A stretch of DNA of 64,000 bases from Planctomycetota bacterium. GTDB lineage: Bacteria > Planctomycetota > UBA1135 > UBA2386. The stretch lies in contig OZ245006.1 of the NCBI GenBank assembly GCA_965223545.1, forward strand, positions 7,680,001-7,744,000, read 5' to 3'. The number at the start of each line of letters is the position of its first letter. Position 1 is the first letter of the stretch. Positions 9,465-19,391 of the stretch are shown one piece after another. Under the pieces are notes generated by a model. It was given only the letters and a program-made list of their open reading frames with translations, was not told the origin of the DNA and did no database searches. The position numbers and the translations under genes are program-made.

Positions 9465-11026
9465 GAGTCTGCGCCACGGCAGTCGAGCAGCGGTTTCTCC
9501 GGGGCTCGCCTGCGTGATCGCGGCGACTTCCCGGATCGGACTCCCGTTGTTCGCTACGCGAGTGACCGATGTCCCCAGTGGTCGATGGGGCGTCCAGAGT
9601 GACGAATGGGGCCTCCTGCGGCCTTCTTCCTCATCGTGAGGCAGCCATTGCCGCCATTCGGCGGATGTTGAGCGCCATGCAGACGAGGTTCCACTCGCCC
9701 TTCACCTTGCGGAGGCCGCGGAGGTGGAACGATCGGAAGCCGATCACGTGCTTCACCCACCCGAAGACGGGTTCGACGATTGCCTTGCGTTTTCGGTAGC
9801 GCGCCCGCCCGCGCTTGGTCCCCAACTTCCTTCTCATCGCAGCGGTATGCGGCTGCTCTTTCGCCGGTCGCTTGGCTTGCTTGCTCTCGCGCCCAACGGA
9901 TACGTAGCCGTCGATTGCCATCGCGTCGAGCAACTCAAAGTCCTCCTCGTTCCTGTAGCCAGCGTCCGCCAACACCCGCTTTGCGGTTTCACCGGTGTTC
10001 TCAAAGCTCGCGCTCAGCACCGGGAGCAATTGGTTGTGGTCGTTGGTCGACTGGGTCACCGTGGTCGCGACGACGATCTGCTTCTTCGCGTCTACCGCGA
10101 TCTGGGTGTTGTAGCCCTGCTCGAAGGACTTGCCGGATGTCGGCATGATCCGGCTGTCGGGGTCGGTGAAGTTCTCTTGGTCCTTGGGCTTCGGCAACAC
10201 GGGCCCTCCGGGGCCAGGCCTGTCGTCGTCGTCTGCCTTTGCCTGCCGCTTGGCCTCGGCCTCCGCGGCCTTGCGAGCCTCGAGCCGTTCCTTCGCTTCC
10301 TTGATCTTCGCCAGGCGTGACTTCCGCCGGCTCAGCTCTTCCGGAAGCTCGTCGCCGCGGAAGTCCGGGCCGAAGGCTTGGTCATCGAGATCGTCCTGCG
10401 CCCGCGCAGCCCTCGTCAACTTGCGGATCTCGCTGCGAAGCTTCTTCTCCTCGCTCAACATGCGGTCGTAGCTCATCGCTTTCCGCTTGCTCGCGTTGCC
10501 CTTCACCTTGCTGCCGTCGATCGCAACCGTGCCCATCTTGACCAGTCCCGACTCCTTCGCGATCTGGACGACTTGCACGAACAGTCGCTGAAACTCGTCC
10601 AGATTAGTTTCGCGGAAGCGGCAGATCGTCCGGTGGCTGGGCGTCAGGCCCGCTGCGATCACCCGAAAGGCGATGCTGTCCTCAATCTGGGCGGCGATCT
10701 TGCGCGACGAAAACGTCCCCGTGCAGTACCCGTAGATCAGCAGCGAGAGCATCACGCGGGGCGGATAGGCCAACTCGCCCTTGCCCGACACCCGGTACTT
10801 GTCGAGCAAGTCGTCGATGTCCAACTGATCGACCGCATCGATCACGAACCACGCGAGATGGCCTTCGGGCAGCCAGTCACTTGGCGACGGCGGCAGCAGA
10901 AAACCCTGGCGGCGATTCTCTTGCTTGCGGAACTGACCCATGTCCTCTCTACGAAAGGAGAGGTCGCTCTGCCTACTGCTTCTGCCGAAACTTCTGGGCT
11001 AGCGCGTCATCCCGTGGCGCAGACTC
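9465..11026 (-). mobile_element. IS1182-like element
   Basis: Perfect 15-bp IR GAGTCTGCGCCACGG (9465-9479 and 11012-11026), flanked by CTAG on both sides. Confidence 0.9.
9631..10941 (-). CDS. IS1182 family DDE transposase
   Basis: LLPPSPSDWLPEGHLA, FSSRKIA, VAIDGSKVK, NFTDPDSRIM, LADAGY, RKAIVEPVFG. Confidence 0.9.
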   Translation of the reverse strand: MGQFRKQENRRQGFLLPPSPSDWLPEGHLAWFVIDAVDQLDIDDLLDKYRVSGKGELAYPPRVMLSLLIYGYCTGTFSSRKIAAQIEDSIAFRVIAAGLTPSHRTICRFRETNLDEFQRLFVQVVQIAKESGLVKMGTVAIDGSKVKGNASKRKAMSYDRMLSEEKKLRSEIRKLTRAARAQDDLDDQAFGPDFRGDELPEELSRRKSRLAKIKEAKERLEARKAAEAEAKRQAKADDDDRPGPGGPVLPKPKDQENFTDPDSRIMPTSGKSFEQGYNTQIAVDAKKQIVVATTVTQSTNDHNQLLPVLSASFENTGETAKRVLADAGYRNEEDFELLDAMAIDGYVSVGRESKQAKRPAKEQPHTAAMRRKLGTKRGRARYRKRKAIVEPVFGWVKHVIGFRSFHLRGLRKVKGEWNLVCMALNIRRMAAMAASR

Positions 11027-13774
11027 CTAGAGTAGGTGTGGCAATTCAGTCGTGGTGGCGCTGACCCGCGGGCATTCGAACGCATCGTTCTGATCCCATC
11101 CCCCGAGCGTGAAACGGGCCGCCAGACCCCGAGCCCGTACCTGTTCGAGCCACCGTCCGGCCACCTCCGCGGAAGCTCCGGAGTCGAGCATTGCGTCGTA
11201 GAGCAGGGTGTACTCCTGTGGCAGGCGGGTTGCGAACGTGACGGGATCGTCAGACCCGATGCAAACAGCGATGCGGTGTTCTCCGGACCCGTCTAGCGAG
11301 CAAAGCCGCCACAGTGGGTGGTCTTGAAGGTCGCCCAGATTGTCGATCAGAAGGTTCGACGATGGGTTCACCTCGACCGTGAGCCCGCGACTAGCCACTT
11401 TCCTGCGCAACCCACGCTGGAGCTCTCTGATGATCTTGCCCTCGGGTCGTGTGTCGACCCACTCGGTCTCCTGGCCTCGCGAGTAGATGTCTCTGCTCGT
11501 GAGATAGCCCAAGAGCCAGCTATCGGCGCCTCGTCCCTCGGCCGCGCCATCCGGAAAACCGAGGCTTCGCAGTGTGTCGTCGGAATGCAGATCGCGGTAG
11601 TGGCGCGCTAGAAAGGATGGCCGGAGTTCCTCCGCGAAGACTGCCATCGATAGCCGAGCGATCTCGCGTTCCACGAACGATGCACGATCGGCCTGAGGGA
11701 CGACACTTGTTGCGGCGTACATTTTCCATTCCCACACGAGGTCCCAGAGTCTCTCCTCTCGTGTGACGATTACACCGCCCGCTCGCTCTCCCCAGGATTC
11801 GGCATCCAGACCGAGAGCGAGGCCGTGCCCAATGCGATCCCCTTCTCGCAGGCCTAGGTAGTCAATCGCCTCTTCGAGTCTGCGCAGCCCTCCCAGAAGG
11901 TGTACGTAGTCTTCGCCTGCATGGACGGTCTTGTGGAGGGGACTAGATATGTCACCGAGTTTCGGTGCAAACCGTCGCGCGACCAAATCGCTGGTTGTCT
12001 CCAGGTACCGGAATACTGGAGCGAATACCCAGATCGGAACGGCCAGCTCGTCGCCTGCGATGTCGATGCCCCGGATCACGCGCATAGACAGTGGAAAGTG
12101 CCATAGGACCCAGGCCAGGGACTTTGCATGGGATCGCAGTTGGTTGTAGTAGGCTGCGAACCGATACCCTGTTGCATTGTTGATCGACGACGGGTCTGCT
12201 TCGGAGTCTGCTCCGCTTGCTCGAGGCGTGCCCGTTTCGGCTCCCCCGCCGCGTCGTTTTAGGAAGTGGAAGACCAAACCGAACTCGGTGACTCCAGTCC
12301 GCTTCGCCGCAGATATAGCCTCCCGGACTGTGCTGAGAGTGCTCGACACAGAGTCCTTCGGCGATGTCCGAACTTCCAGTGACCGGAGGCCACCAGGCGG
12401 CCTCAGTCCCTCAGTCGTCTGCAGTCCCTGGTTGTCCGCGCGCGCGGGAGCTTCGCTCATCGTGGTCAGAGCATTCGACTCTGAGTTTGGGTTGCGCGCC
12501 CCGGCGCCCCGGAAACGAGAGCCGTCGGCGAGGCCGCAAACGGAGGCGGCGGCCTCGACTCGGGCACCGATTCCGATATAGCGCTTGCTGGGTGCCAATC
12601 GTCCAAATGCGCGGACGAACCACTGCAGGCCGGGCGTCATCGGACGTAGGACGATGTTCCGATAGAAGATGCTCTGCACCCGGACAAGCTGCCAGAACAA
12701 GCGGCCGAAGGCCGTGTCGTGCTCATTGCGGTGCAGATAGCCCATCGCTGTGTGCAGGAACCGGATGTCGGAGCTCGCTTCGTCTGCAGAGGTTACGGGA
12801 AAAAAGTGGCCAATAGGGTCGCGCGACAACCATTCTTCGAGTGAGTCTGACCGCTCGCGAGGGCGCACTCCGGTAATCGACGAGTACGCGTACCGGAGCT
12901 CCGCGTGCTGAGATGAGTCGGTATCCAGGCTCCCGCGTTGTAGTTCCAGTAGGGCGTCGCGTACGCGGAGCCCGTGCACAGCGTCGAATTCTCGAACGAG
13001 AGCAGGGTTGACGATCTGGGTCAGGTAGTGTGCCATGCCCCTATCTTGCTGCCGGTCAGGTTGGGAGAGGTATGCGGCAAGCAAGTAGCGGGCGAGAGCA
13101 GCACGGAGGAGCCACGCGGAAAGATCTTTACCCTCTCGCATTGCCGCGCCGGGAGCTCGACAAGCGTCTGGTCCCCAGTCCGGATCCGCGATTCCGCACG
13201 TGGCGGCGATCCAGAGGTGACCAAACTCCAGCGCAGCGCCAAGGTGCAGGTGTGTTTCAGCGAAGCCCCTATCCGCAAGCGATCGGAGCACGAGCGGTGA
13301 TACGCTCTGAACCGATGAGGGAGGTGGTGTAACGGGCAGGGCCGCAAGGAGTAGTTCTGGTGGCATTGCGAAGGAGATCCAACGCCATGCGCGCCGCGCC
13401 GCGACCTCGCTGGGGACCGACAACACGCCGGCAAGTCGCTCGTCGACTCCGCTCAAGGCTGGGCGGGCCTTGGCGCCGTCCGGAACTAGGAAGCGCTGCG
13501 ATAGGGTGGAGACGTAGCTGGCCAGAGGGCGCGACGAACGATTAGCGTCAAACCACAGTCGGTCTCGCACTCGCACCATGTCGTCGATGGAATGCGCCGG
13601 CGTTGCGTGAATTAGGTCGCGTTCGGTGGCTCGCCAAAGCGTGCGTGTGGGTCGCGACATTCGTGGGTCGAGTCGTGTTGCGCCGATCGCGAGCGATGCC
13701 TCTGACGCTATGGGGGCAGCTGCGACTTCGGCCAGCACATAGAAGGCCGGAATTCCGGTCTGTCTACTTGTCAT
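11027..13774 (-). CDS. Large adenosine-deaminase-fold protein, RADAR RdrB-like
   Basis: Metal-binding motifs ETHLHLG, GIDIAGDE, TVHAGEDY, DRIGHGLALG, VEVNPSSN, IGSDDP; ~915 aa; ATG at 13774 overlaps the end of the ATPase gene. Confidence 0.8.
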   Translation of the reverse strand: MTSRQTGIPAFYVLAEVAAAPIASEASLAIGATRLDPRMSRPTRTLWRATERDLIHATPAHSIDDMVRVRDRLWFDANRSSRPLASYVSTLSQRFLVPDGAKARPALSGVDERLAGVLSVPSEVAARRAWRWISFAMPPELLLAALPVTPPPSSVQSVSPLVLRSLADRGFAETHLHLGAALEFGHLWIAATCGIADPDWGPDACRAPGAAMREGKDLSAWLLRAALARYLLAAYLSQPDRQQDRGMAHYLTQIVNPALVREFDAVHGLRVRDALLELQRGSLDTDSSQHAELRYAYSSITGVRPRERSDSLEEWLSRDPIGHFFPVTSADEASSDIRFLHTAMGYLHRNEHDTAFGRLFWQLVRVQSIFYRNIVLRPMTPGLQWFVRAFGRLAPSKRYIGIGARVEAAASVCGLADGSRFRGAGARNPNSESNALTTMSEAPARADNQGLQTTEGLRPPGGLRSLEVRTSPKDSVSSTLSTVREAISAAKRTGVTEFGLVFHFLKRRGGGAETGTPRASGADSEADPSSINNATGYRFAAYYNQLRSHAKSLAWVLWHFPLSMRVIRGIDIAGDELAVPIWVFAPVFRYLETTSDLVARRFAPKLGDISSPLHKTVHAGEDYVHLLGGLRRLEEAIDYLGLREGDRIGHGLALGLDAESWGERAGGVIVTREERLWDLVWEWKMYAATSVVPQADRASFVEREIARLSMAVFAEELRPSFLARHYRDLHSDDTLRSLGFPDGAAEGRGADSWLLGYLTSRDIYSRGQETEWVDTRPEGKIIRELQRGLRRKVASRGLTVEVNPSSNLLIDNLGDLQDHPLWRLCSLDGSGEHRIAVCIGSDDPVTFATRLPQEYTLLYDAMLDSGASAEVAGRWLEQVRARGLAARFTLGGWDQNDAFECPRVSATTTELPHLL

Positions 13775-16700
13775 ACCCCAAGTCAACCGTAGGGAGATGC
13801 CCGGTCTGGTGTAGGAGATCGTCTATGTCGTCGTCCGTGAGCATCAGTTTTCCGTCGGCGAGAGTGTGTAGTGGGTGTTCTCTGCGCTTCTCTAGGTCTA
13901 CTCTGAACTGGGTGAGCTGATCGTGTTGGCTTCGTAGGTTCCTGAAGTCAGCTTGGGCCATTTGTTCGGTCAGGTCTTTTTCGATTGTCTTGAGGTCGTC
14001 GTTGATCTTTCTCAATGTCTCTTCCACAGCTTGGTTTGTGCTATTGTGCGGGGGATCGGAGGCTTCCTCTGTGAGGGGCGGTGTCTCTGGCGCAGGAGCA
14101 TCGTTTATGTCCGTGGCGCGAAGCTTGGCGACTTGCGCTTTGAGAAGGCGCGTACTGTTCTCGAGTCGCCTGAGGACTCTGGTGGGAGCAAATAGCCACC
14201 AGGCGAAAAAGCTGTCCGATTCCTTGTTGCTATAGTGATGGCAAAACAGCTTGCAGCATTGGCGGCGTTGGGTGCGTACGGAGTCGAGCAGCGCATCTGT
14301 CCATAAACTGCATAGTGACGGGTTATTCCGTGGTTCGCAGAAAATCTGTGCAACGGTAGGTGATAGTTCTCCTTTGTCGTTGGGCAGATCTAGGCCCCCT
14401 TCCGGCGCCAGGAGGGAAACGAGGCTGACGAGCCAGTCTTCCGCTAGCATTACCCAGCTGGTTTGACCATGAGCTCGGTGTGTCTCAACGGCCTTGGCTA
14501 GCTCTTCTACGCGCGCAGCTAGCTTCTCCCATGGCAATGCGTCGACGTTCGGGTTGCCGGCGCTGTCCAGTGCCTTGAAGCGCTCTGTTCCCGTCAGGAC
14601 AGCTGTAGATGCGGCGATCCAGGTGAAGGCGAGGTATTCGTAACGTTTGCCGCCTGATGCCGGATGCCGGCGCATTTGCTGAACGGCTCGATTCCATACA
14701 TGTCGGAGGTAGTTGAACTGCCAGAAACTTCTCCATCGGGGTGGGTACCACGGAACATCGACTGTGACTTCCGGCTTGAGTCTCCATCGCGTCGTCGCCC
14801 AGACCGAGTCAGGTGTCTCCCTCGGGTGCGAGTTGTCGTAGCCCTCCACGAAGGCCGCCCAGTCCCGCTTTGGGTCCGGGGTCAGGTACGGTCCCGCAAT
14901 GCCTGTTGGGGTTCGGAGGGCGAGTAGATCGTGCAGGATGATGATTGTTGCTGTGGATCGATCTGAGAGGCAGCGCCAAGATTGCTCCATGCCTTGTTGC
15001 TCGGGGTTGGACACTCTGTCGCCGGGACCGAGACGCTCAGGTCGGAAATCCCAGTCCTTAACCTGCCAGGCGAGGAGCGTGTTCTTTCGCTTCTTCTCCT
15101 CTGGGATCTCGAGCTCTCTCCCCTTGCCCCGAAGGGGCTGGAGGCTGTCGGTGTGGAATTCCCATCCTCCGAGGAAATCGCGGCGCACTGCCCGCAGGAG
15201 TCGCCGCTTCTCGGTTGGGTTGAGGTCTCGCTCCTCCTCTATGGCTTCAGCGTAGAAAGTCGCGAATGCGCCAATCGCGGGAATCGTAGCGTCGCGTACG
15301 TTCTCGATTGGCTTCTGAATCGTGTCGAGCTCTCCGAGTAAACCGCGCACGTCGGTTTCAGTGCTTGCGTCCTGGATGTTGTCACGAATGGACGCATACT
15401 CAGATTCTGCCCGCAGGAGCACGTACCAGATGTCGGAAGCGTAGCGTGGAGTTGCGACGAAGAGGGCTGCGCCGCTGTAGATTCCCTGACCCCAGCGCTC
15501 GGCGTGGCTGTCCCGTTCCGGGTCGAAAAACAGGAACTCGCTCATGTTTCTGATCTTTTGACCGCATACACACTGGTACCGCGGCTGGTGGTCCGGCGCG
15601 CGCTTGTCGTCCTCGCCGATGTGGGATTCGGGGGCCGTATTAATGATGACCGGGAGCGCCGTTAGGAGGCCATCAATCGATTTGGAATCTGCGAGGTCGG
15701 GTGGCTTGTAAGCGCGAGCTTCGCCTACGCGCATGGGTTCCAGCCGGATGCGTCGAGACGGCGCAATCAGTTTGCGCATGGTGTAGTGTGCTGTGCCGCC
15801 CAGCAGGCCAGCGAGCTCCTCTCCGTGGACCGCAGATCCGGGTCCAATTTGTCTCGCGATGTCCACAAACTCGCCGGTGAGTTTGAGCTGCATCATTGTC
15901 GTGGCAGTAGAGATGCTGCCTAGGATCACGACCAGCAGCCGCGGGCCGGATAGCAGTCTCAGCATCTGCAAGAGTTCAACCGACCTGGCAGGGTTTGTAT
16001 CGAAATCATCGATAGGTAAGACAAAGATCGGATCCTTGATATCGGGCCACCGATAACCCCTTGCCAGGTTTGCCAGGGTAGATGACAGTCGCTCACCGAA
16101 TTGCAGGCGCGCAACTTCCGCCCGCCGCGTCTCCACTTGATACACATCCGGGTCGAGAGTAGCGGCTCGTTCTCGGAGGTTGCCTTCCCAGGCAATCGCG
16201 ACATCGCGCTGAATTCTGCCCAGGTCAGCGAGAGGGTCTGAGTCCTGTGGGTGGTTGTGGCGAAGGAACCCACGCTGGTCGGGGTCACTGAGCCTCAGTT
16301 GATCGAGTGGTTCCACGCGCCGCTGGATTCGTGCGAGAATTGCAGCCAGGAGGTTGGTGGGGCGTGGCAAGACTTCCATATCGAGCGTCTCGAGCCAGCA
16401 GAGGCGTTCCCGAAGGGTTCCGATGTCGCGCCTGAGTTCGTCATAGAACGCCAAGCCATGACCGTCGCCACGGTCACCGTTGACGTCTTGGAGCTTCTCG
16501 ATCTCTCGGTCCCAATGTTCGGAAGTGCTGGCTGTGCAGCACTGGAGCAGGGACAGCAGGAGCGATGTCTTTCCTGTTCCTCGATCACCGGACACCATGA
16601 CATTGGAGCTACAGCGTCGGGCGTCGAGCTTGATCGGTGCGCCGGGAGCTGGTGTTACGTCCCCATGATCGTCTAGCAGGTCCACAGCGCGAGCCAGGTG

Positions 16701-16808
16701 CTTCACGAGGTCAAAGAAGGCGGTGCGCTGAGCTTGGTCGAAAAGACGCCATCGGAAAGGTCGCGCTTCTGGGTGGGGGAAGAACCGGGTGTCGCGGGTC
16801 TTGGACAT
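13764..16808 (-). CDS. Large P-loop NTPase, RADAR RdrA-like
   Basis: Walker A VSGDRGTGKTS, Walker B VLPIDDFD in the N-terminal third; long helical C-terminus; directly upstream of the deaminase. Confidence 0.75.
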   Translation of the reverse strand: MSKTRDTRFFPHPEARPFRWRLFDQAQRTAFFDLVKHLARAVDLLDDHGDVTPAPGAPIKLDARRCSSNVMVSGDRGTGKTSLLLSLLQCCTASTSEHWDREIEKLQDVNGDRGDGHGLAFYDELRRDIGTLRERLCWLETLDMEVLPRPTNLLAAILARIQRRVEPLDQLRLSDPDQRGFLRHNHPQDSDPLADLGRIQRDVAIAWEGNLRERAATLDPDVYQVETRRAEVARLQFGERLSSTLANLARGYRWPDIKDPIFVLPIDDFDTNPARSVELLQMLRLLSGPRLLVVILGSISTATTMMQLKLTGEFVDIARQIGPGSAVHGEELAGLLGGTAHYTMRKLIAPSRRIRLEPMRVGEARAYKPPDLADSKSIDGLLTALPVIINTAPESHIGEDDKRAPDHQPRYQCVCGQKIRNMSEFLFFDPERDSHAERWGQGIYSGAALFVATPRYASDIWYVLLRAESEYASIRDNIQDASTETDVRGLLGELDTIQKPIENVRDATIPAIGAFATFYAEAIEEERDLNPTEKRRLLRAVRRDFLGGWEFHTDSLQPLRGKGRELEIPEEKKRKNTLLAWQVKDWDFRPERLGPGDRVSNPEQQGMEQSWRCLSDRSTATIIILHDLLALRTPTGIAGPYLTPDPKRDWAAFVEGYDNSHPRETPDSVWATTRWRLKPEVTVDVPWYPPRWRSFWQFNYLRHVWNRAVQQMRRHPASGGKRYEYLAFTWIAASTAVLTGTERFKALDSAGNPNVDALPWEKLAARVEELAKAVETHRAHGQTSWVMLAEDWLVSLVSLLAPEGGLDLPNDKGELSPTVAQIFCEPRNNPSLCSLWTDALLDSVRTQRRQCCKLFCHHYSNKESDSFFAWWLFAPTRVLRRLENSTRLLKAQVAKLRATDINDAPAPETPPLTEEASDPPHNSTNQAVEETLRKINDDLKTIEKDLTEQMAQADFRNLRSQHDQLTQFRVDLEKRREHPLHTLADGKLMLTDDDIDDLLHQTGHLPTVDLGYDK

Positions 16809-16883
16809 GGTTGGTCTCCGGCAATCAGTGGATTTCGTCTGCCCTTGCTACCAGTCTACGTGAGTATAGTGGCTCATTTCTAG

Positions 16884-18361
16884 CAGACCGTTGAAAAACT
16901 TCGAGATCGAGCTGCCGTGAACTGATCGACGTACGTAGGGATGACATCCTGATCAGCGGAGGTGGATTCCATGGCACTCGGTAAGCGACGCGCAAAGCAA
17001 CAGGAGCTCTTGGTCGCGACGACGGCCCTGCCGCGATCGCCCGGCCATCCTTTCTACTCGAAGCTGAACGAGCTTCTCGCCGACGCGAAGTTTGACCGTC
17101 ACGTCGAGTCGCTGTGTGAGCCGCACTACAAAGAGGGGGGGCGGCCCTCGATCCGACTGGGCCTCTACTTTCGGATGTTGCTGGTTGGCTACTTCGAGGG
17201 AGTGGATTCGCAGCGCGGAATCGCGTGGCGTTGCAGCGACAGTCGCTCGCTGCAGGACTTTCTCGGACTGCTCCCGACCGAGCGCACCCCGGATCACTCG
17301 AGCCTGACCGTGATCCGCAAGCGGTTGCCGGTGGAGGTACACGAGGAAGTGTTCGCGTTCGTCGTCAAGATCGCGAAGTCCAAGGGCATTGTGAGGGGCA
17401 AGGCGCTGGCCGTGGACACGACCACGCTGGAGGCCAACGCGGCGATGAAGTCGATCGTTCGCAAGGATACCGGCAAGGGTTGGAGCGACTACGTGCGTGA
17501 ACTTGCGAAGGAAGCAGGCATCGAGGGCCCCACGGAGGAGGACCTGCGGCGATTCGATCGCAAGCGCCGCGGGAAGAAGACTTCGAACAAGGACTGGGGG
17601 TCGCCATCTGACCCCGACAGTCGAATCACGAAGATGAAGGACGGACGGACGCACCTCGCGTACAAGGCCCAGCACGCGCTGGACACCGAGTCCGAGATCC
17701 TCGTCGCCGCAACAGTCCACCATGCCGACACTGCTGATAGCGAGGCGCTGAAAGAAGCAGTCGTCGAGGCCGAAGCCGCGCTGGTCAGTGCCGAGCACGA
17801 CACCCCGTACGAAGAGGTCGTCGCCGACAAGGGCTACCACAAGACCGAGACCCTCGCTTGGCTGGACCAGCGCGGTATTCGCTCCTACATCCCGCAGCCG
17901 GGATCACGACGGAACCGCAAGTGGACTGACAAGCCAGCGTCCTGGCAGAAAGCGTATCGAGCCAACCGACGACGAGTTGCAGGCCCGCGGTCGAAGGTGC
18001 TCCAGCGACACCGGAGTGAGCGCGTCGAACGCAGTTTCGCTCATACCTGCGAGTCAGGAGTAGTCCGACGGACATGGCTACGCGGGATCGAGAACATCAA
18101 GAAGCGGTACGTGGTCCATGCCGCAGCAGGCAATCTGGGGACCATCATGCGGAGCTTGTTCGCGGTCGGGACGCCGAAGGCATTGCAGAGGGGGGGCTGC
18201 GGCCTTCTTGAGGTCTGTTTCGAGATCCACGACCCGTTCCGACATCGAATCGACTGCTGGGTCGTCCGGATCGTCGGTTTCGTTCGGCGGATCGGTGATT
18301 CGCGGCCGCACGGCATACGTCTCTTCCCGCGAGACCAGATCTCCCCTTCTTCAACGGCCTG
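16884..18361 (+). mobile_element. IS1182/IS5-like element
   Basis: IR CAGACCGTTGAAAAA / CAGGCCGTTGAAGAA; flanked by CTAG at 16880-16883 and 18362-18365. Confidence 0.85.
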
Positions 18362-18365
18362 CTAG
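16971..18365 (+). CDS. DDE transposase (IS1182/IS5-like)
   Basis: GRPSI..YFRMLL, TPDHSSL, AVDTTTLEANA, DPDSRI, VADKGY, VERSFAH; stop codon lies in the flanking CTAG. Confidence 0.88.
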   Translation: MALGKRRAKQQELLVATTALPRSPGHPFYSKLNELLADAKFDRHVESLCEPHYKEGGRPSIRLGLYFRMLLVGYFEGVDSQRGIAWRCSDSRSLQDFLGLLPTERTPDHSSLTVIRKRLPVEVHEEVFAFVVKIAKSKGIVRGKALAVDTTTLEANAAMKSIVRKDTGKGWSDYVRELAKEAGIEGPTEEDLRRFDRKRRGKKTSNKDWGSPSDPDSRITKMKDGRTHLAYKAQHALDTESEILVAATVHHADTADSEALKEAVVEAEAALVSAEHDTPYEEVVADKGYHKTETLAWLDQRGIRSYIPQPGSRRNRKWTDKPASWQKAYRANRRRVAGPRSKVLQRHRSERVERSFAHTCESGVVRRTWLRGIENIKKRYVVHAAAGNLGTIMRSLFAVGTPKALQRGGCGLLEVCFEIHDPFRHRIDCWVVRIVGFVRRIGDSRPHGIRLFPRDQISPSSTAC

Positions 18366-18482
18366 CTCGACGAAGCGCGGCAGGTCGCCGCGGTCGGGGT
18401 CCACCTCGACCCGGGCGCGGAAGGTCTCGAGATGCTCCGCCGTGTTGTGACCGAACTGCAGCTTCAAGCCGCTCTGACCGAT

Positions 18483-18519
18483 GTCAAGGATTGCTAATCT
18501 TTGACGGGTGTGCTAGGCT
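18483..18519 (+). promoter_or_regulatory. sigma70-like promoter with overlapping operator palindrome, leaderless parD
   Basis: TTGCTA-17bp-TAGGCT, ATG 6 nt downstream; inverted repeat GTCAAGGATT-gct-AATCTTTGAC over the -35. Confidence 0.6.
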
Positions 18520-18642
18520 CTACCAATGAACGTCAACCTCACGCCCGAGCTCGACGAGCTCGTGCAGAAGAAGGTCGCCTCCGGCCTCTACAACGTAAGC
18601 GTCCGGTGAAGGCATCTCGAAAGCCGCTGGCGGATCGGCAGG

Positions 18643-18987
18643 ATGCGGCGGATGACGAAGAGAATCCCCGTGTGGGCTCGAGCGGAGATGCGCGAGCTGC
18701 TTCAAGAGCTGGACACCTCAGGCGTGACGGTCGCCGAGTTCGCGCGCCGGCGTGGCGTCAACGCAAACCGCATCTACTGGGCGAGGCGGCAAGCCCGAGC
18801 GGCGGCGGCGCCTACGTCCGCGCCGGCGGTGTCGGACTTCGGGGAGCTGGTGGTCGCCGCAGACCCGTCGCCGGGACGAGCAGCGGCCATTGAGTTGCGG
18901 GTGCCGTCGGGCGCGGTTGTCGATGTGCAGCGCGACTTCGACGAAGCGACGCTCCGACGGCTGCTCGGAGTCCTGCTGCCATGCTGA
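18643..18987 (+). CDS. tnpA: IS66 TnpA
   Basis: Near-identical to 5029-5373. Confidence 0.85.
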   Translation: MRRMTKRIPVWARAEMRELLQELDTSGVTVAEFARRRGVNANRIYWARRQARAAAAPTSAPAVSDFGELVVAADPSPGRAAAIELRVPSGAVVDVQRDFDEATLRRLLGVLLPC

Positions 18988-19361
18988 GCTTTCCGCCCTC
19001 GCCGCAAGTCAAGATCTTCGTTTGCCGGAAGCCGGTGGACATGAGGAAGAGCTTCAGCGGTCTGTCGGGTGCGGTCATCGACGTGGTCGACCACGACCCG
19101 CAATCTGGTCACCTCTTCCTCTTCTTCAACAAGCGCCGGACCATGATGAAGGCACTGGTGTGGGAGCCGTCCGGTTACTGGGTGCTGGCGAAGCGACTGA
19201 CGAGCGGCCGCTTTCAGGTCTTCGATCGCTCGGCGGAGAACAGCAGCCGATTCGAGATTGCGAGTAGCGATCTCGCGCTCTTGTTGGACGGCATCGACCT
19301 CCGTGGCGCGCGACGCAGAGAAGTTCGCGATCAGGTGCTGCAACGACTGGCCGCGACTTGA
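18981..19361 (+). CDS. tnpB: IS66 TnpB
   Basis: Protein identical to 5367-5747. Confidence 0.92.
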   Translation: MLSFPPSPQVKIFVCRKPVDMRKSFSGLSGAVIDVVDHDPQSGHLFLFFNKRRTMMKALVWEPSGYWVLAKRLTSGRFQVFDRSAENSSRFEIASSDLALLLDGIDLRGARRREVRDQVLQRLAAT

Positions 19362-19391
19362 TCCGTCTCCGGTTTGTGTTAATCAGAGGGA

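Noticed and set aside
9465..18361. Composite transposon formed by the two IS1182-like elements around the RADAR-like pair
   Set aside because: The two ISs have different IRs and transposases, and each has its own CTAG duplication, indicating independent insertions.
18366..18480. Coding-like minus-strand stretch (QSGLKLQFGHNTAEHLETFRARVEVDPDRGDLPRFVEL)
   Set aside because: Too short, with no clear start or recognisable motif; could be a gene remnant but cannot be supported.
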